Positions 8,392 to 17,234 of a DNA stretch of 50,030 nt are shown here, in pieces. A program made the translations under genes and the position numbers. Location: the NCBI GenBank assembly GCA_945901095.1, contig CAMDKQ010000003.1, positions 1 to 50,030 of the forward strand, written 5' to 3'. Positions within the stretch are counted from its first letter, which is position 1, and every line of letters begins with the position of its first letter. The notes beneath the pieces are model-generated. The model saw nothing but the letters and a program-made list of their open reading frames with translations, ran no database searches and was not told where the DNA came from. Origin of the DNA: Bifidobacterium breve (GTDB lineage: Bacteria > Actinomycetota > Actinomycetes > S36-B12).

Positions 8392-10035
8392 TGTCGCGGC
8401 TGCAAGGCCAGCGGCACGTCCAAACACGATGATTGGTCCGAGGGTGCCACCTGCACCTCCGTAGGCGAGGGCGGTCGGTGCTGCCGCGGCGTTCCCGACG
8501 GCGAAGAGGCCCGGGATAGCGATTCCGGCTGTGTCGAGGACCCGGCCATCGACGTCAGTGCGTGGCCCGCCGCTGGTGCCGAGAGTGCCGGATTGGACCG
8601 GGACGGCGAAAAACGGTGCCTCATCGAGGCGACCAAGGGTCGAGGCGATCTCGCCGCGGTGTCGGCCATCACCGCTCCAGCGATCGTAGGCACTGCGTCC
8701 GCGACCGAAGTCGGCGTCGTCGCCGGCGTCAACGAATGCGTTCCAGCGGGCCACCGTTCCGCTGAGGCCCTCAGCGTCGATGCCGAGGATGTCGGCGAGC
8801 TCTGGGATTGTCTCGGCTCGGGTGATCCATGGCGCGACCGGAGTGCCGGCAGGAGTGCCAAATGATCCAAAGTCTCGCGCGTTTCGACCGTCGAAGATGA
8901 GCCAGCACGGCAGATTCCGGTAGCCGAAGTCAACTGGGTCCAGAGTGTGAAAGGCGCCGCCGAGGGCGTTGTAGTTGGCGGCCTCATTGGCAAACCGTCG
9001 TCCTGCACTGTTCACCATGATCGCTCCAGGCAGGGTGCGCTCGCGGTTGAGGAGGGTCGCACGTGGCCGTCCGAAGGCCTCGTCGCCCGGAACAGAAACG
9101 GTGGGCGCCCACCATGCGTGCGGCATGTTCGCGAGAGAAGCACCAGCGCGAAGCGCCATCAGTAGGCCGTCACCTTCATTTGACGGAACCGAAGCGGGCG
9201 CAGTCATGGGACCGCGCAGGAATGCGCTTACAAGTTGCGGATTCCATTCGAAGCCCCCGGTGGCGATGATCACCCCGTGCCTCGCGTACGCATGATGAAC
9301 CTGCTCGGGATCGTCAGCAGCACCGATGACGAGCCGCACCCCGCGCACACGACCATCCTCGACGATCAGGTCGGTCGCGCGAGCATCGAGGACGGGCTCG
9401 ACACCTGCGCGCAGGAGTGCGGCGAGCAGCGGCCCGACCAGGGCTGCACCACAGCCCCGGAGATCATGTAGTTCGCGATAGGCGAGCGTCGCGTCATCGA
9501 GAAATCCGGTGCCGCCTCCCAGTGTGGTGTCGGTGATGCGCAGGCGGGCACTGCGCCTGCTTTTGGCGACTTTTGCGGCCCACGGACCGATTCGCTCGTA
9601 GCTGAACAGGCCCGGATCGAGGGAGCGGCCGCCGCTGGGTCGTCCTCCCGGATGTTCAGGATGATAATCGGGATATCCCGGGATGGGGGTGAATTCGAGG
9701 TCGGTCACCTTCTCGAGCCATTCGACGGTCTCCCGCGCACCCCCGATGAAGGCCTCGGCGAGGGCTGGATTCATCTGGCCGAGCGACAATGAGTGCAGGT
9801 ACGCAAGTGCTGCCTCGCGCGAATCGGGCAGGCCGGCCTCGTCCATGTGGTGGTTCATCGGAACCCAGCACACGCCGCCGGAAATGGCCGTGGAGCCGCC
9901 GATCAGATCGGCCTTCTCGAATAGGGCGACAGTCGCGCCGGCCGTACGCGCGGCGAGGGCAGCGACGAGCCCAGCAGCCCCGGAACCGAGCACAACGACA
10001 TCCACCTCGGGCATGGTGATCTGCGTCGAGTCCAT
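8350..10035 (-). CDS. FAD-dependent oxidoreductase, 3-ketosteroid-delta1-dehydrogenase-like
   Basis: VVVLGSGAAG, GGSTAISGG, YPDYHPEHPGG, IATGGFEWN, GTSGGPRTD, YGGAGGTLG. Confidence 0.88.
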   Translation of the reverse strand: MDSTQITMPEVDVVVLGSGAAGLVAALAARTAGATVALFEKADLIGGSTAISGGVCWVPMNHHMDEAGLPDSREAALAYLHSLSLGQMNPALAEAFIGGARETVEWLEKVTDLEFTPIPGYPDYHPEHPGGRPSGGRSLDPGLFSYERIGPWAAKVAKSRRSARLRITDTTLGGGTGFLDDATLAYRELHDLRGCGAALVGPLLAALLRAGVEPVLDARATDLIVEDGRVRGVRLVIGAADDPEQVHHAYARHGVIIATGGFEWNPQLVSAFLRGPMTAPASVPSNEGDGLLMALRAGASLANMPHAWWAPTVSVPGDEAFGRPRATLLNRERTLPGAIMVNSAGRRFANEAANYNALGGAFHTLDPVDFGYRNLPCWLIFDGRNARDFGSFGTPAGTPVAPWITRAETIPELADILGIDAEGLSGTVARWNAFVDAGDDADFGRGRSAYDRWSGDGRHRGEIASTLGRLDEAPFFAVPVQSGTLGTSGGPRTDVDGRVLDTAGIAIPGLFAVGNAAAAPTALAYGGAGGTLGPIIVFGRAAGLAAATSGAERPAVARTVD

Positions 10036-10075
10036 GGGAGGAACCTAGTGGGCGACGGAGCGAGCGAGCGGTCGG

Positions 10076-10900
10076 TCAGGGAAGGTCGATTCGGACGGGG
10101 ATGCGATCGTCCATGGTGACGGCAAGTCGCTGGCCGACCCTCAGCAGCCGGAACACGGAGGCATCGACGACCGATCGCGGCACCGTCAGAGAGAAGCCGT
10201 CGTCGTTTACGACGATGACGTCGCCCGCAGGAGTGGTCGATCGAACGGTTGCTGGGATCATCGGTCGGGGGGAGTTGAGCAGGACCGCCTGCGTCGCAGC
10301 ACCGACGCCCATGCGTCTGGCGTCCCACAGGTCAACCTGCGTGTCGACATCGCGTCTAGCGCGTGCGAGGAGCAGACGTGTCTGGGCGTTTGAGTCGAGA
10401 CCGAGGTCGACGTAGCCAAGCTGAACGTGTCGGGCGCGGGACCGCTCACCGAAAGCTGGGCTGCAGGTGGCCGCCGTGCGATCGAGGAGCATGGTGGTCC
10501 CGATGCCTTGCGCGTCGCTTACGAAGGCGCGGTCGTGAGCGACGGCCAGAGTGAGCACCAGGTCGACCGCCGAAGGGATGAGGCAGGGGAGATCCCCGGC
10601 GATGATGGCGACTGCGGTGTCGTGCGGAAGGCTCGCGGCACCGAATGCAGCGGCCGGATTGAGCCCTATGTGCGGCGCCTCTGGCAGCCAACTGGCGGAC
10701 GAGGCTTCAACGATGCGCTGGACTCGCTCGTCGTCGGTGACGACGACGACTCGGGCGATGCCGGCGGCGCCGGCCAATGCGGAGAGCACGTCCTGGAGGA
10801 ACGCAAGGGCGAGTTCGGGCCGAGTCGGGTCGGCGTCGGGTAGGAGTCGACTCTTGGCGTCCGGGAGCGACTTCACTGGAACCACCGCCGTCCACTCCAT
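10076..10900 (-). CDS. cofC: 2-phospho-L-lactate/PEP guanylyltransferase (F420 biosynthesis) fused to a C-terminal OB-fold-like domain
   Basis: WTAVVPVKSLPDAKSRL, GLNPA, GDLP, DAQGIGTT, RRDVDT; about 60 extra C-terminal residues. Confidence 0.88.
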   Translation of the reverse strand: MEWTAVVPVKSLPDAKSRLLPDADPTRPELALAFLQDVLSALAGAAGIARVVVVTDDERVQRIVEASSASWLPEAPHIGLNPAAAFGAASLPHDTAVAIIAGDLPCLIPSAVDLVLTLAVAHDRAFVSDAQGIGTTMLLDRTAATCSPAFGERSRARHVQLGYVDLGLDSNAQTRLLLARARRDVDTQVDLWDARRMGVGAATQAVLLNSPRPMIPATVRSTTPAGDVIVVNDDGFSLTVPRSVVDASVFRLLRVGQRLAVTMDDRIPVRIDLP

Positions 10901-10965
10901 AGTGCATATCCAATCAAACCGGGATCTCACTCGTGACCCTGCCGTGATCCTTCGGGCGCTAGATT

Positions 10966-11700
10966 GTGGAAATGACCCGGACGAGGCGTGCATGGCGGTT
11001 GGGCTGGGGGTTTCGAGTTGCAGTATTCCTGCTGTGGCTGCCGATGCAATTGCTCACCAAGCGCGACTGGCAAGGGATCGAGCACCTGGAAACCGACGCT
11101 GGCGGGATCATCGTCGCCCCGAACCACACGTCGTGGTTTGACCCCCTCGTCGTCGCGCACATGCTGTGGAGCGTTGACCGTCCCCCGAGGTTTCTCGCCA
11201 AGGAGTCGGTGTTCCGGGTTCCGATCATGGGGCCGATCATCACGAGTGCCGGCCAGGTGCGGGTCTATCGCGAGACAGCCGAGGCGGCAGACGCGGTCCG
11301 TGATGCCGTCACTGCGGTTGAGCGTGGCGAATGCATCGTCGTCTACCCTGAGGGGACGATTACTCGAGACCCTGAGCTTTGGCCCATGCAGGGCAAGACG
11401 GGGGCTGCTCGAATCGCACTCGCAACAGGCAGGCCGCTGCTGCCGCTGGCCCAATGGGGAGCTCAGGAGGTCATGGCGCCCTACCGAAGGCAGTTTCGAC
11501 TCTTGCCGCGAAAGACGATGCACGTGCGGATCGGTCGCCCCATCGATCTCACTGATCTCACTGATCGGCCGCTCGATGCCGATACATTGCACATCGCGAC
11601 TAATCGACTCATGGATGCCATGACCGACCTCCTCGCCGACATACGTCACGAGAGCCCGCCGAAGGAGCGAATGGTGTTCGAGCGCAACGGGTCCTCATGA
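10966..11700 (+). CDS. plsC: 1-acyl-sn-glycerol-3-phosphate acyltransferase
   Basis: NHTSWFD (HxxxxD), FLAKE, YPEGT, GKTGAAR. Confidence 0.9.
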   Translation: MEMTRTRRAWRLGWGFRVAVFLLWLPMQLLTKRDWQGIEHLETDAGGIIVAPNHTSWFDPLVVAHMLWSVDRPPRFLAKESVFRVPIMGPIITSAGQVRVYRETAEAADAVRDAVTAVERGECIVVYPEGTITRDPELWPMQGKTGAARIALATGRPLLPLAQWGAQEVMAPYRRQFRLLPRKTMHVRIGRPIDLTDLTDRPLDADTLHIATNRLMDAMTDLLADIRHESPPKERMVFERNGSS

Positions 11701-12710
11701 GCCGGGTAGCGATCATGGGCAGTGGTTCATGGGGGACAGCGTTTTCGATGGTCCTCGCCGATGCCGGAAGTCAGGTAACCATCTGGACTCGCGACGAGGA
11801 GGTTGCGAATCAGGTGAACAGCCTCCATCGCAATGAGGCGTATCACCCTGGCATCGATCTGCCGGACTCGGTCGCTGCCACGACCGATCCAGCCCGTGCT
11901 CTTGATGGCGCTGACCTCGTTGTCCTTGCGGTCCCGGCACAGGTTCTCCGCGAGAACCTCGAGATGTGGGCCCCGAAAATCCCGGACAACTCGGTGCTCG
12001 TCAGCCTCATCAAGGGAATCGAACTCGAGACCATGAAGCGCATGAGTGAGGTCATCGCTGAGGTGACGGGGGCGGCGAGCCACCGTGTCGCATGTGTCTC
12101 TGGCCCCAATCTCGCTCGGGAGATTGCTGAGCACCAGCCCACTGCGACGACAATTGCATGCGACCTTGAGTCAAGCGCGAGATTGCTTGCTGATTCCTGC
12201 ACGACCGACTACTTCCGCCCCTACTGGACAACCGACGTCGTGGGAACTGAAATCGGTGGTGCGGTGAAGAATGTGATCGCTCTCGCTAACGGGATGGCGG
12301 TCGGAATGGGCCTCGGGGAAAACTCCCAATCCTCGCTCATCACCCGCGGACTCGCCGAGATCGCGAGACTGGGCGTCGCCCTTGGAGCGGACCCGCTCAC
12401 CTTTCAGGGACTTGCCGGTGTCGGTGATCTCGTCGCAACCTGCCAGTCGCCGCTTTCGCGCAACCGCACCTTTGGACTGAACCTCGGCCGCGGGCTTACA
12501 GTCGAGGAGACCATCGCAGCGACAAGGCAGACATGCGAGGGCTACAAGAGTTGCCAGCCCATCTTGGCCTTAGCCCAGGAGCACGATGTCGATATGCCGA
12601 TCACCGAGCAGGTGGTTCAAGTCCTGCACCATGGTCGCTCCCCGAAGTCGCTTGCGGCGGCGTTCATGGCGCGCGACACTAAACGCGAAACGGTTTCGGC
12701 CACCGACTGA
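11697..12710 (+). CDS. gpsA: NAD(P)H-dependent glycerol-3-phosphate dehydrogenase
   Basis: GSGSWGTA, SGPNLAREI, GGAVKNVIA, GLAGVGDLVATC, SRN. Confidence 0.97.
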   Translation: MSRVAIMGSGSWGTAFSMVLADAGSQVTIWTRDEEVANQVNSLHRNEAYHPGIDLPDSVAATTDPARALDGADLVVLAVPAQVLRENLEMWAPKIPDNSVLVSLIKGIELETMKRMSEVIAEVTGAASHRVACVSGPNLAREIAEHQPTATTIACDLESSARLLADSCTTDYFRPYWTTDVVGTEIGGAVKNVIALANGMAVGMGLGENSQSSLITRGLAEIARLGVALGADPLTFQGLAGVGDLVATCQSPLSRNRTFGLNLGRGLTVEETIAATRQTCEGYKSCQPILALAQEHDVDMPITEQVVQVLHHGRSPKSLAAAFMARDTKRETVSATD

Positions 12711-12734
12711 TCGGGTTCGCACGCACAGGTGCGT

Positions 12735-13820
12735 TCAGCCATCGCGCAAGGATGCTTGGAGAGCGTCGCTCAGATCTCTCCAGAGATCGTCCGCGTGCTC
12801 GATGCCGAATGAAAGTCGAATGAGGTTCTCCGGCACCGTCGTGCTCTCCAGAGCCCACCTGCGTCGGCGCTCGAGCAGTGACTCGACTCCGCCAAGGCTC
12901 GTCGCATGGGTCCAGATCGCCGTGCTACGGCATACGGCGTCGGCAGCATCGGGTCCACCGACCACCTCGACCGCGGCCATTGTCCCGAATCCTGGGTACC
13001 GCACCCGACTCACGGCCGGGTGGGCGTGAAGCAGGTCGACGATGGTTCGAGCGCTTGCTTGGGCCTGCGCGACCCGCAGGGCCAGAGTGCGAATCCCCCG
13101 CAGTGCGAGGTAGCAGTCGAAGGCACTTGTGGATCCGCCGAGCAGGACCCTCCTGAACCGAATGCGCTCCGCTAACTCAAGATCTCGGGCGACGAGGGCG
13201 CCCATGAGCAGGTCCGAATGGCCACTGAGCCCCTTCGTAACGCTATGTAAAACTATATCCGCGCCATCCTGCAGCGGACGCTGGATCATCGGGGTGGCAA
13301 AGGTGTTGTCGACGAGGGCGAGGGCGCCGGCAGCGTGGGCAGCATCGATGCACGCGGGCAGGTCGGCGACCTGGAGCAGTGGGTTTGTTGGCGATTCCAG
13401 CCACAGCAGGTGCGCGCCTTCGCAGGCATCGGTGACCGCGGCAGTGCTGTCGACGTCGACGATGCGAAGCCTGATGCGCCCGATCGAGTCGAGTTCCCGA
13501 AGTCGAACCGCGACGCCGGTGTAGGCCGCGCTTGGGGCGATGACGATGGCCCCGAGGGGAATGAGGTCCATGGCTGCCCCGGCAGCGGCCATGCCGGATG
13601 AGAAGACCGTGGCGGTCCCACCCTCAAGGCCGCCGATGACCTCCTCGAGCGCATGTGCGCTCGGAGAGTCCTCTCGGGCGTACTCCATCGGTCCGCCGGC
13701 GACGAACGATGATGCCGGAACGATGGGTGTATTGAGCGGAGCGTCGGGGCAACGGGTCGGCCTTCCGGCCGTGACGACGAAGGTCTCAGCTCGCAACGGT
13801 GAACTCGTAGGCTCGGCCAC
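12735..13820 (-). CDS. Cystathionine gamma-synthase/lyase family PLP enzyme
   Basis: FSSGMAA, ESPTNP, VDNTFATP, HSVTK (PLP lysine), SLGGVES, RLSFGIE; start codon uncertain. Confidence 0.9.
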   Translation of the reverse strand: MAEPTSSPLRAETFVVTAGRPTRCPDAPLNTPIVPASSFVAGGPMEYAREDSPSAHALEEVIGGLEGGTATVFSSGMAAAGAAMDLIPLGAIVIAPSAAYTGVAVRLRELDSIGRIRLRIVDVDSTAAVTDACEGAHLLWLESPTNPLLQVADLPACIDAAHAAGALALVDNTFATPMIQRPLQDGADIVLHSVTKGLSGHSDLLMGALVARDLELAERIRFRRVLLGGSTSAFDCYLALRGIRTLALRVAQAQASARTIVDLLHAHPAVSRVRYPGFGTMAAVEVVGGPDAADAVCRSTAIWTHATSLGGVESLLERRRRWALESTTVPENLIRLSFGIEHADDLWRDLSDALQASLRDG

Positions 13821-13889
13821 GGACCGACCATACTTTCCAACCCCTGACCTTGCATACTGGCACCCCACGGTGACCGGTACGGTCAGCAC

Positions 13890-14963
13890 GTGCAGAAGGT
13901 CCGAGTTGCCGTCGTCTTCGGGGGTCGTAGCAGCGAGCACGGCATCTCCTGCGTGAGTGCCGGGAGCATCCTGAGTGCACTCGACCAGCGGTTCTTTGAC
14001 CCCGTGGCCATAGGAATCACGCGCGACGGAGGGTGGTTTCTGCAGGACGGCAATCCCGATCTTCTGCGGATCATCGCAGGCGTTGTCCCAGAGGTTGAGC
14101 CGGGTGACCGGCCGGTGGTCCTGAGCGCCGACCCGACGGTCCGATCACCAGGCCTTGGCGACATCGACGTCGTGTTCCCGGTGCTGCATGGGCCGTGGGG
14201 CGAGGACGGCACGATCCAGGGGCTCCTGGAAATGTCCGGCATCCCCTACGTCGGGTCTGGCGTCATGGCTTCGGCCGTTGCCATGGACAAGGCCACGATG
14301 AAGGCACTTTTCGCGTCTGCCGGACTTGAGGTCGGCCCATTTGCGGTGATCACCGATCGTCAATGGCGGTCCGACCGTGTGGCCGCAATGGCCCGGGCGA
14401 GCGCGGTCGGGTTTCCGGTATTCGTAAAGCCGGCCCGAGCTGGGTCATCGCAGGGCATCTCCAAGGTGCACTCCGTTGAGGGACTCGAATCGGCGATCGA
14501 GACCGCTCGCGCGCACGATCCTCGGGTAATCGTTGAAGCGGGGGTTGAGGGCGCCCGGGAGATCGAGTGCGGGGTGATTCAGGACGAGTCTGGCGTGCCG
14601 CGCGCGAGTCGCTGTGCAGAGATCATTATCGGCGGAGGTCACGAGTTCTACGACTTCGATGCCAAATATCTTGATGACTCGACGACCCTTGTCGTTCCGG
14701 CGGAACTTGATGATGCGCTTGAGGCCGAGGTGCGTCGGCAGGCCTGCCTGGCATTCGAAGCGCTCGGCTGCGAAGGTCTAGCGAGAGTGGACTTCTTCAC
14801 CGATCCGACTGGTGCGGTCATCATCAACGAGGTGAATACCATGCCAGGTTTCACGCCGATCTCGATGTTTCCGCGGATGTGGGGTGCGTCGGGGCTTGCC
14901 TTCGCTGATCTCGTGTCACATCTGGTACGGGACGCGCAGCGTCGAGGAACAGGGCTACGTTGA
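13890..14963 (+). CDS. ddl: D-alanine--D-alanine ligase
   Basis: FGGRSSEHGIS, LHGPWGEDG, KPARAGSS, FYDFDAKY, NEVNTMPGFT. Confidence 0.97.
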   Translation: MQKVRVAVVFGGRSSEHGISCVSAGSILSALDQRFFDPVAIGITRDGGWFLQDGNPDLLRIIAGVVPEVEPGDRPVVLSADPTVRSPGLGDIDVVFPVLHGPWGEDGTIQGLLEMSGIPYVGSGVMASAVAMDKATMKALFASAGLEVGPFAVITDRQWRSDRVAAMARASAVGFPVFVKPARAGSSQGISKVHSVEGLESAIETARAHDPRVIVEAGVEGAREIECGVIQDESGVPRASRCAEIIIGGGHEFYDFDAKYLDDSTTLVVPAELDDALEAEVRRQACLAFEALGCEGLARVDFFTDPTGAVIINEVNTMPGFTPISMFPRMWGASGLAFADLVSHLVRDAQRRGTGLR

Positions 14964-15032
14964 GGCGGTACGCCAAAAAAGTTGAGGCGGTACGCCAAAA
15001 AAGTTGAGGCGGGACGCCAAAAAAGTTGAGGC
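14959..15032. repeat. 22-bp tandem repeat, 3 copies plus a partial copy
   Basis: Unit GTTGAGGCGG(T/G)ACGCCAAAAAA at 14959, 14981 and 15003; partial at 15025. Confidence 0.95.
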
Positions 15033-15038
15033 AGGCCG

Positions 15039-15275
15039 TCAGAGATTCAGGACGGGGCAGGTGAGCGTTCGGGTGATCCCGGGCACCGCCTGGATGGCCG
15101 CAATGATCAGGCGGCCGAGTTCATCCATTGTGCTTGCCTCGGCCCGGACAATCACGTCGTAGGGGCCGGTGACATCCTCGGCGGTGGTTACCCCGCTGAT
15201 CCCTCGGATGGCGCGGACCACCGTCGGAGCCATTCCTACCTCTGTCTGGATGAGTACATACGCCTGGACGACCAT
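15039..15275 (-). CDS. Stand-alone Lrp/AsnC ligand-binding domain protein
   Basis: MVVQAYVLIQTEVG, VTGPYDVIVR, GITRTLTCP; usual position between ddl and thiL. Confidence 0.9.
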   Translation of the reverse strand: MVVQAYVLIQTEVGMAPTVVRAIRGISGVTTAEDVTGPYDVIVRAEASTMDELGRLIIAAIQAVPGITRTLTCPVLNL

Positions 15276-15325
15276 GCTGGGAGACTAGCGACTCGCGTGG
15301 GTGTCCGTGCAAGGAAAGGAGAGCC

Positions 15326-16288
15326 GTGAGCGAGACAACGATTGGCGACACCGGCGAGTTTGACCTCATCGCTCGAATCACCGAGGTCCTGCCCCGAACG
15401 GCTCAGGTCGTCATCGGCCCAGGCGATGACACCGCGCTCGTGGCGACACAGTCCGGGAGCGTCCTCGCGACCATCGACGTCCTGGTCGAGGGAGTTCACT
15501 TTCGCAGGGACTGGTCGAGTGCGACGGATGTAGGCCGCAAGGCTGCCGCAGCGAGTCTCGCTGATATCGCGGCTATGGGGGGCGTGGCGACCGCGCTCCT
15601 CGTGGGCTTCGCAGCCCCCTGGGACCTCCCCGTCGAGTGGGCCCTTGAGTGCACCGCCGGGCTCACCGCGGAGGCGACCAAGGTCGGTGCATGCATCGTC
15701 GGAGGCGATGTCGTTGCGTCATCGGTCATCACCGTGTCTGTGACGGCGCTCGGCGATCTCCAGGGGAGAAGTCCGGTTCTTCGATCAGGGGCACATGCGG
15801 GCGATGTACTCGCGGTGGCAGGCCGTCTGGGCTGGTCGGCCGCGGGGTTGGCGGTGCTGGCAGGTGGCTCTTGCTCGCCCGCGGAACTCATCGATGCTCA
15901 CCGGGTCCCTGACCCGCCGTACGCGGCTGGACCAATGGCCGCGGATGCCGGCGCCACCGCGATGATCGACGTGAGCGATGGCCTCATCGCGGACGCTCGA
16001 CATCTTGCCGAGGCGTCAGGCGTCGACGTCGTGATCGATTCTGCCGACTGGATCATCCCTGAGTCCATGTCCACCGCAGCGTCAGATATTGGCGCGGATC
16101 CGCGGGATTGGATGCTTACCGGAGGGGAGGATCATGCGCTACTCGCGACGTTCCCTGCGGATGCGGTGCTTCCGGCGGAATTCCGCATCATCGGATCGGT
16201 GATGGCCTCAGATGAACCCGGGGTCATCGTCGATGGCGTGCGGAGGTACGGGCCAGGTGGGCACGTTCACTTCACGTTGGAACTGTAG
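15326..16288 (+). CDS. thiL: Thiamine-monophosphate kinase
   Basis: GEFDLI, GPGDD, LVEGVHF, DIAAMGG, IDVSDGL, GGEDH. Confidence 0.96.
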   Translation: MSETTIGDTGEFDLIARITEVLPRTAQVVIGPGDDTALVATQSGSVLATIDVLVEGVHFRRDWSSATDVGRKAAAASLADIAAMGGVATALLVGFAAPWDLPVEWALECTAGLTAEATKVGACIVGGDVVASSVITVSVTALGDLQGRSPVLRSGAHAGDVLAVAGRLGWSAAGLAVLAGGSCSPAELIDAHRVPDPPYAAGPMAADAGATAMIDVSDGLIADARHLAEASGVDVVIDSADWIIPESMSTAASDIGADPRDWMLTGGEDHALLATFPADAVLPAEFRIIGSVMASDEPGVIVDGVRRYGPGGHVHFTLEL

Positions 16289-16763
16289 GGGTGACCTTTG
16301 ATGGACGGGACCGGCCGAACAAGCGCCGGATGCTCGAGCGCAGCCTAGAGTCGCGTGGTCCAAACTCGGCTCGGATTGCCTCGTAGGCCTCCTGAGCGAG
16401 AACGGAGCCCTCCCGGCGGATCGCTTCGGGCACGACGGCCAGGATCCGATCACCTCGAACCCAACTCGGCCGGTATTGCTCATCCCAGTCTCCTGGCCCA
16501 ATCGCCAGCCAGCGGGAATCCCCGGAGTGATCACGGGTCGAGAGCATGAGCACCGCGAGTCGCCCCCGATTGGCGAGACCGATCACGACGACCGGGCGAT
16601 CCTTGCCTATTTGCGGGGCATCTTCGTAGGCGACCCATGTCCAGACGATCTCGCCGGGATCAGGGGTGCCGTTCAACCGAGGGCGGTATTCCCAGCGGAC
16701 CGGGCCCGAATAGTCCCCTGCTCCCCCTCCGGGAGGCGCCGGTTTCCCGGCGGCGTTGATCAT
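16272..16763 (-). CDS. PemK/MazF-like protein
   Basis: PDPGEIVWTWVAYED, GKDRPVVVIG, RPSWVR, IRREG; start uncertain. Confidence 0.75.
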   Translation of the reverse strand: MINAAGKPAPPGGGAGDYSGPVRWEYRPRLNGTPDPGEIVWTWVAYEDAPQIGKDRPVVVIGLANRGRLAVLMLSTRDHSGDSRWLAIGPGDWDEQYRPSWVRGDRILAVVPEAIRREGSVLAQEAYEAIRAEFGPRDSRLRSSIRRLFGRSRPSKVTPTVPT

Positions 16764-16811
16764 GCCGTAGGGCTCGACGATTACCTGCTGGGGACGACTC
16801 GTCGCGGACGA

Positions 16812-17000
16812 CTAGTTTCGGACGACCTTGCCGGCCTTGAGGCATGAGGCGCACACGTTCTGGCGCTTTGGGGTTTTTCCAACGAGCGTGCGGACCCGCT
16901 GGATGTTCGGGTTCCAACGTCGCTTCGTTCGACGGTGTGAATGAGAGATGCTGTGCCCGAAGCTTGGGCCCTTGCCGCAGACATCGCAGTTGGCAGCCAC
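16812..17000 (-). CDS. rpmB: 50S ribosomal protein L28
   Basis: [43 protein letters not shown]; RBS AAGGAG. Confidence 0.97.
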   Translation of the reverse strand: MAANCDVCGKGPSFGHSISHSHRRTKRRWNPNIQRVRTLVGKTPKRQNVCASCLKAGKVVRN

Positions 17001-17234
17001 GGTGCACTCCTTCATGTGTGATGCCGCATTGGCATCGATGGTGCCGGCTGGGCCGGTTGGCCGGGCCGAAGATTCGTGATCGATCAAACCTCGTGAACTG
17101 GGGAACGCGAGATTCGGTGGAACTTGGAAACATTATGCTGCCGTGAAGCACGCAGCGGCCAAGACTAGCCGAGGCGGGCGCCGGTGCCCAAATCCAGGGT
17201 GAGGTCAAGCGGGGTCGTGGAAGGGAATGGACCG

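Noticed and set aside
14959-15032. CRISPR array
   Set aside because: Units are head-to-tail with no spacers; no cas genes.
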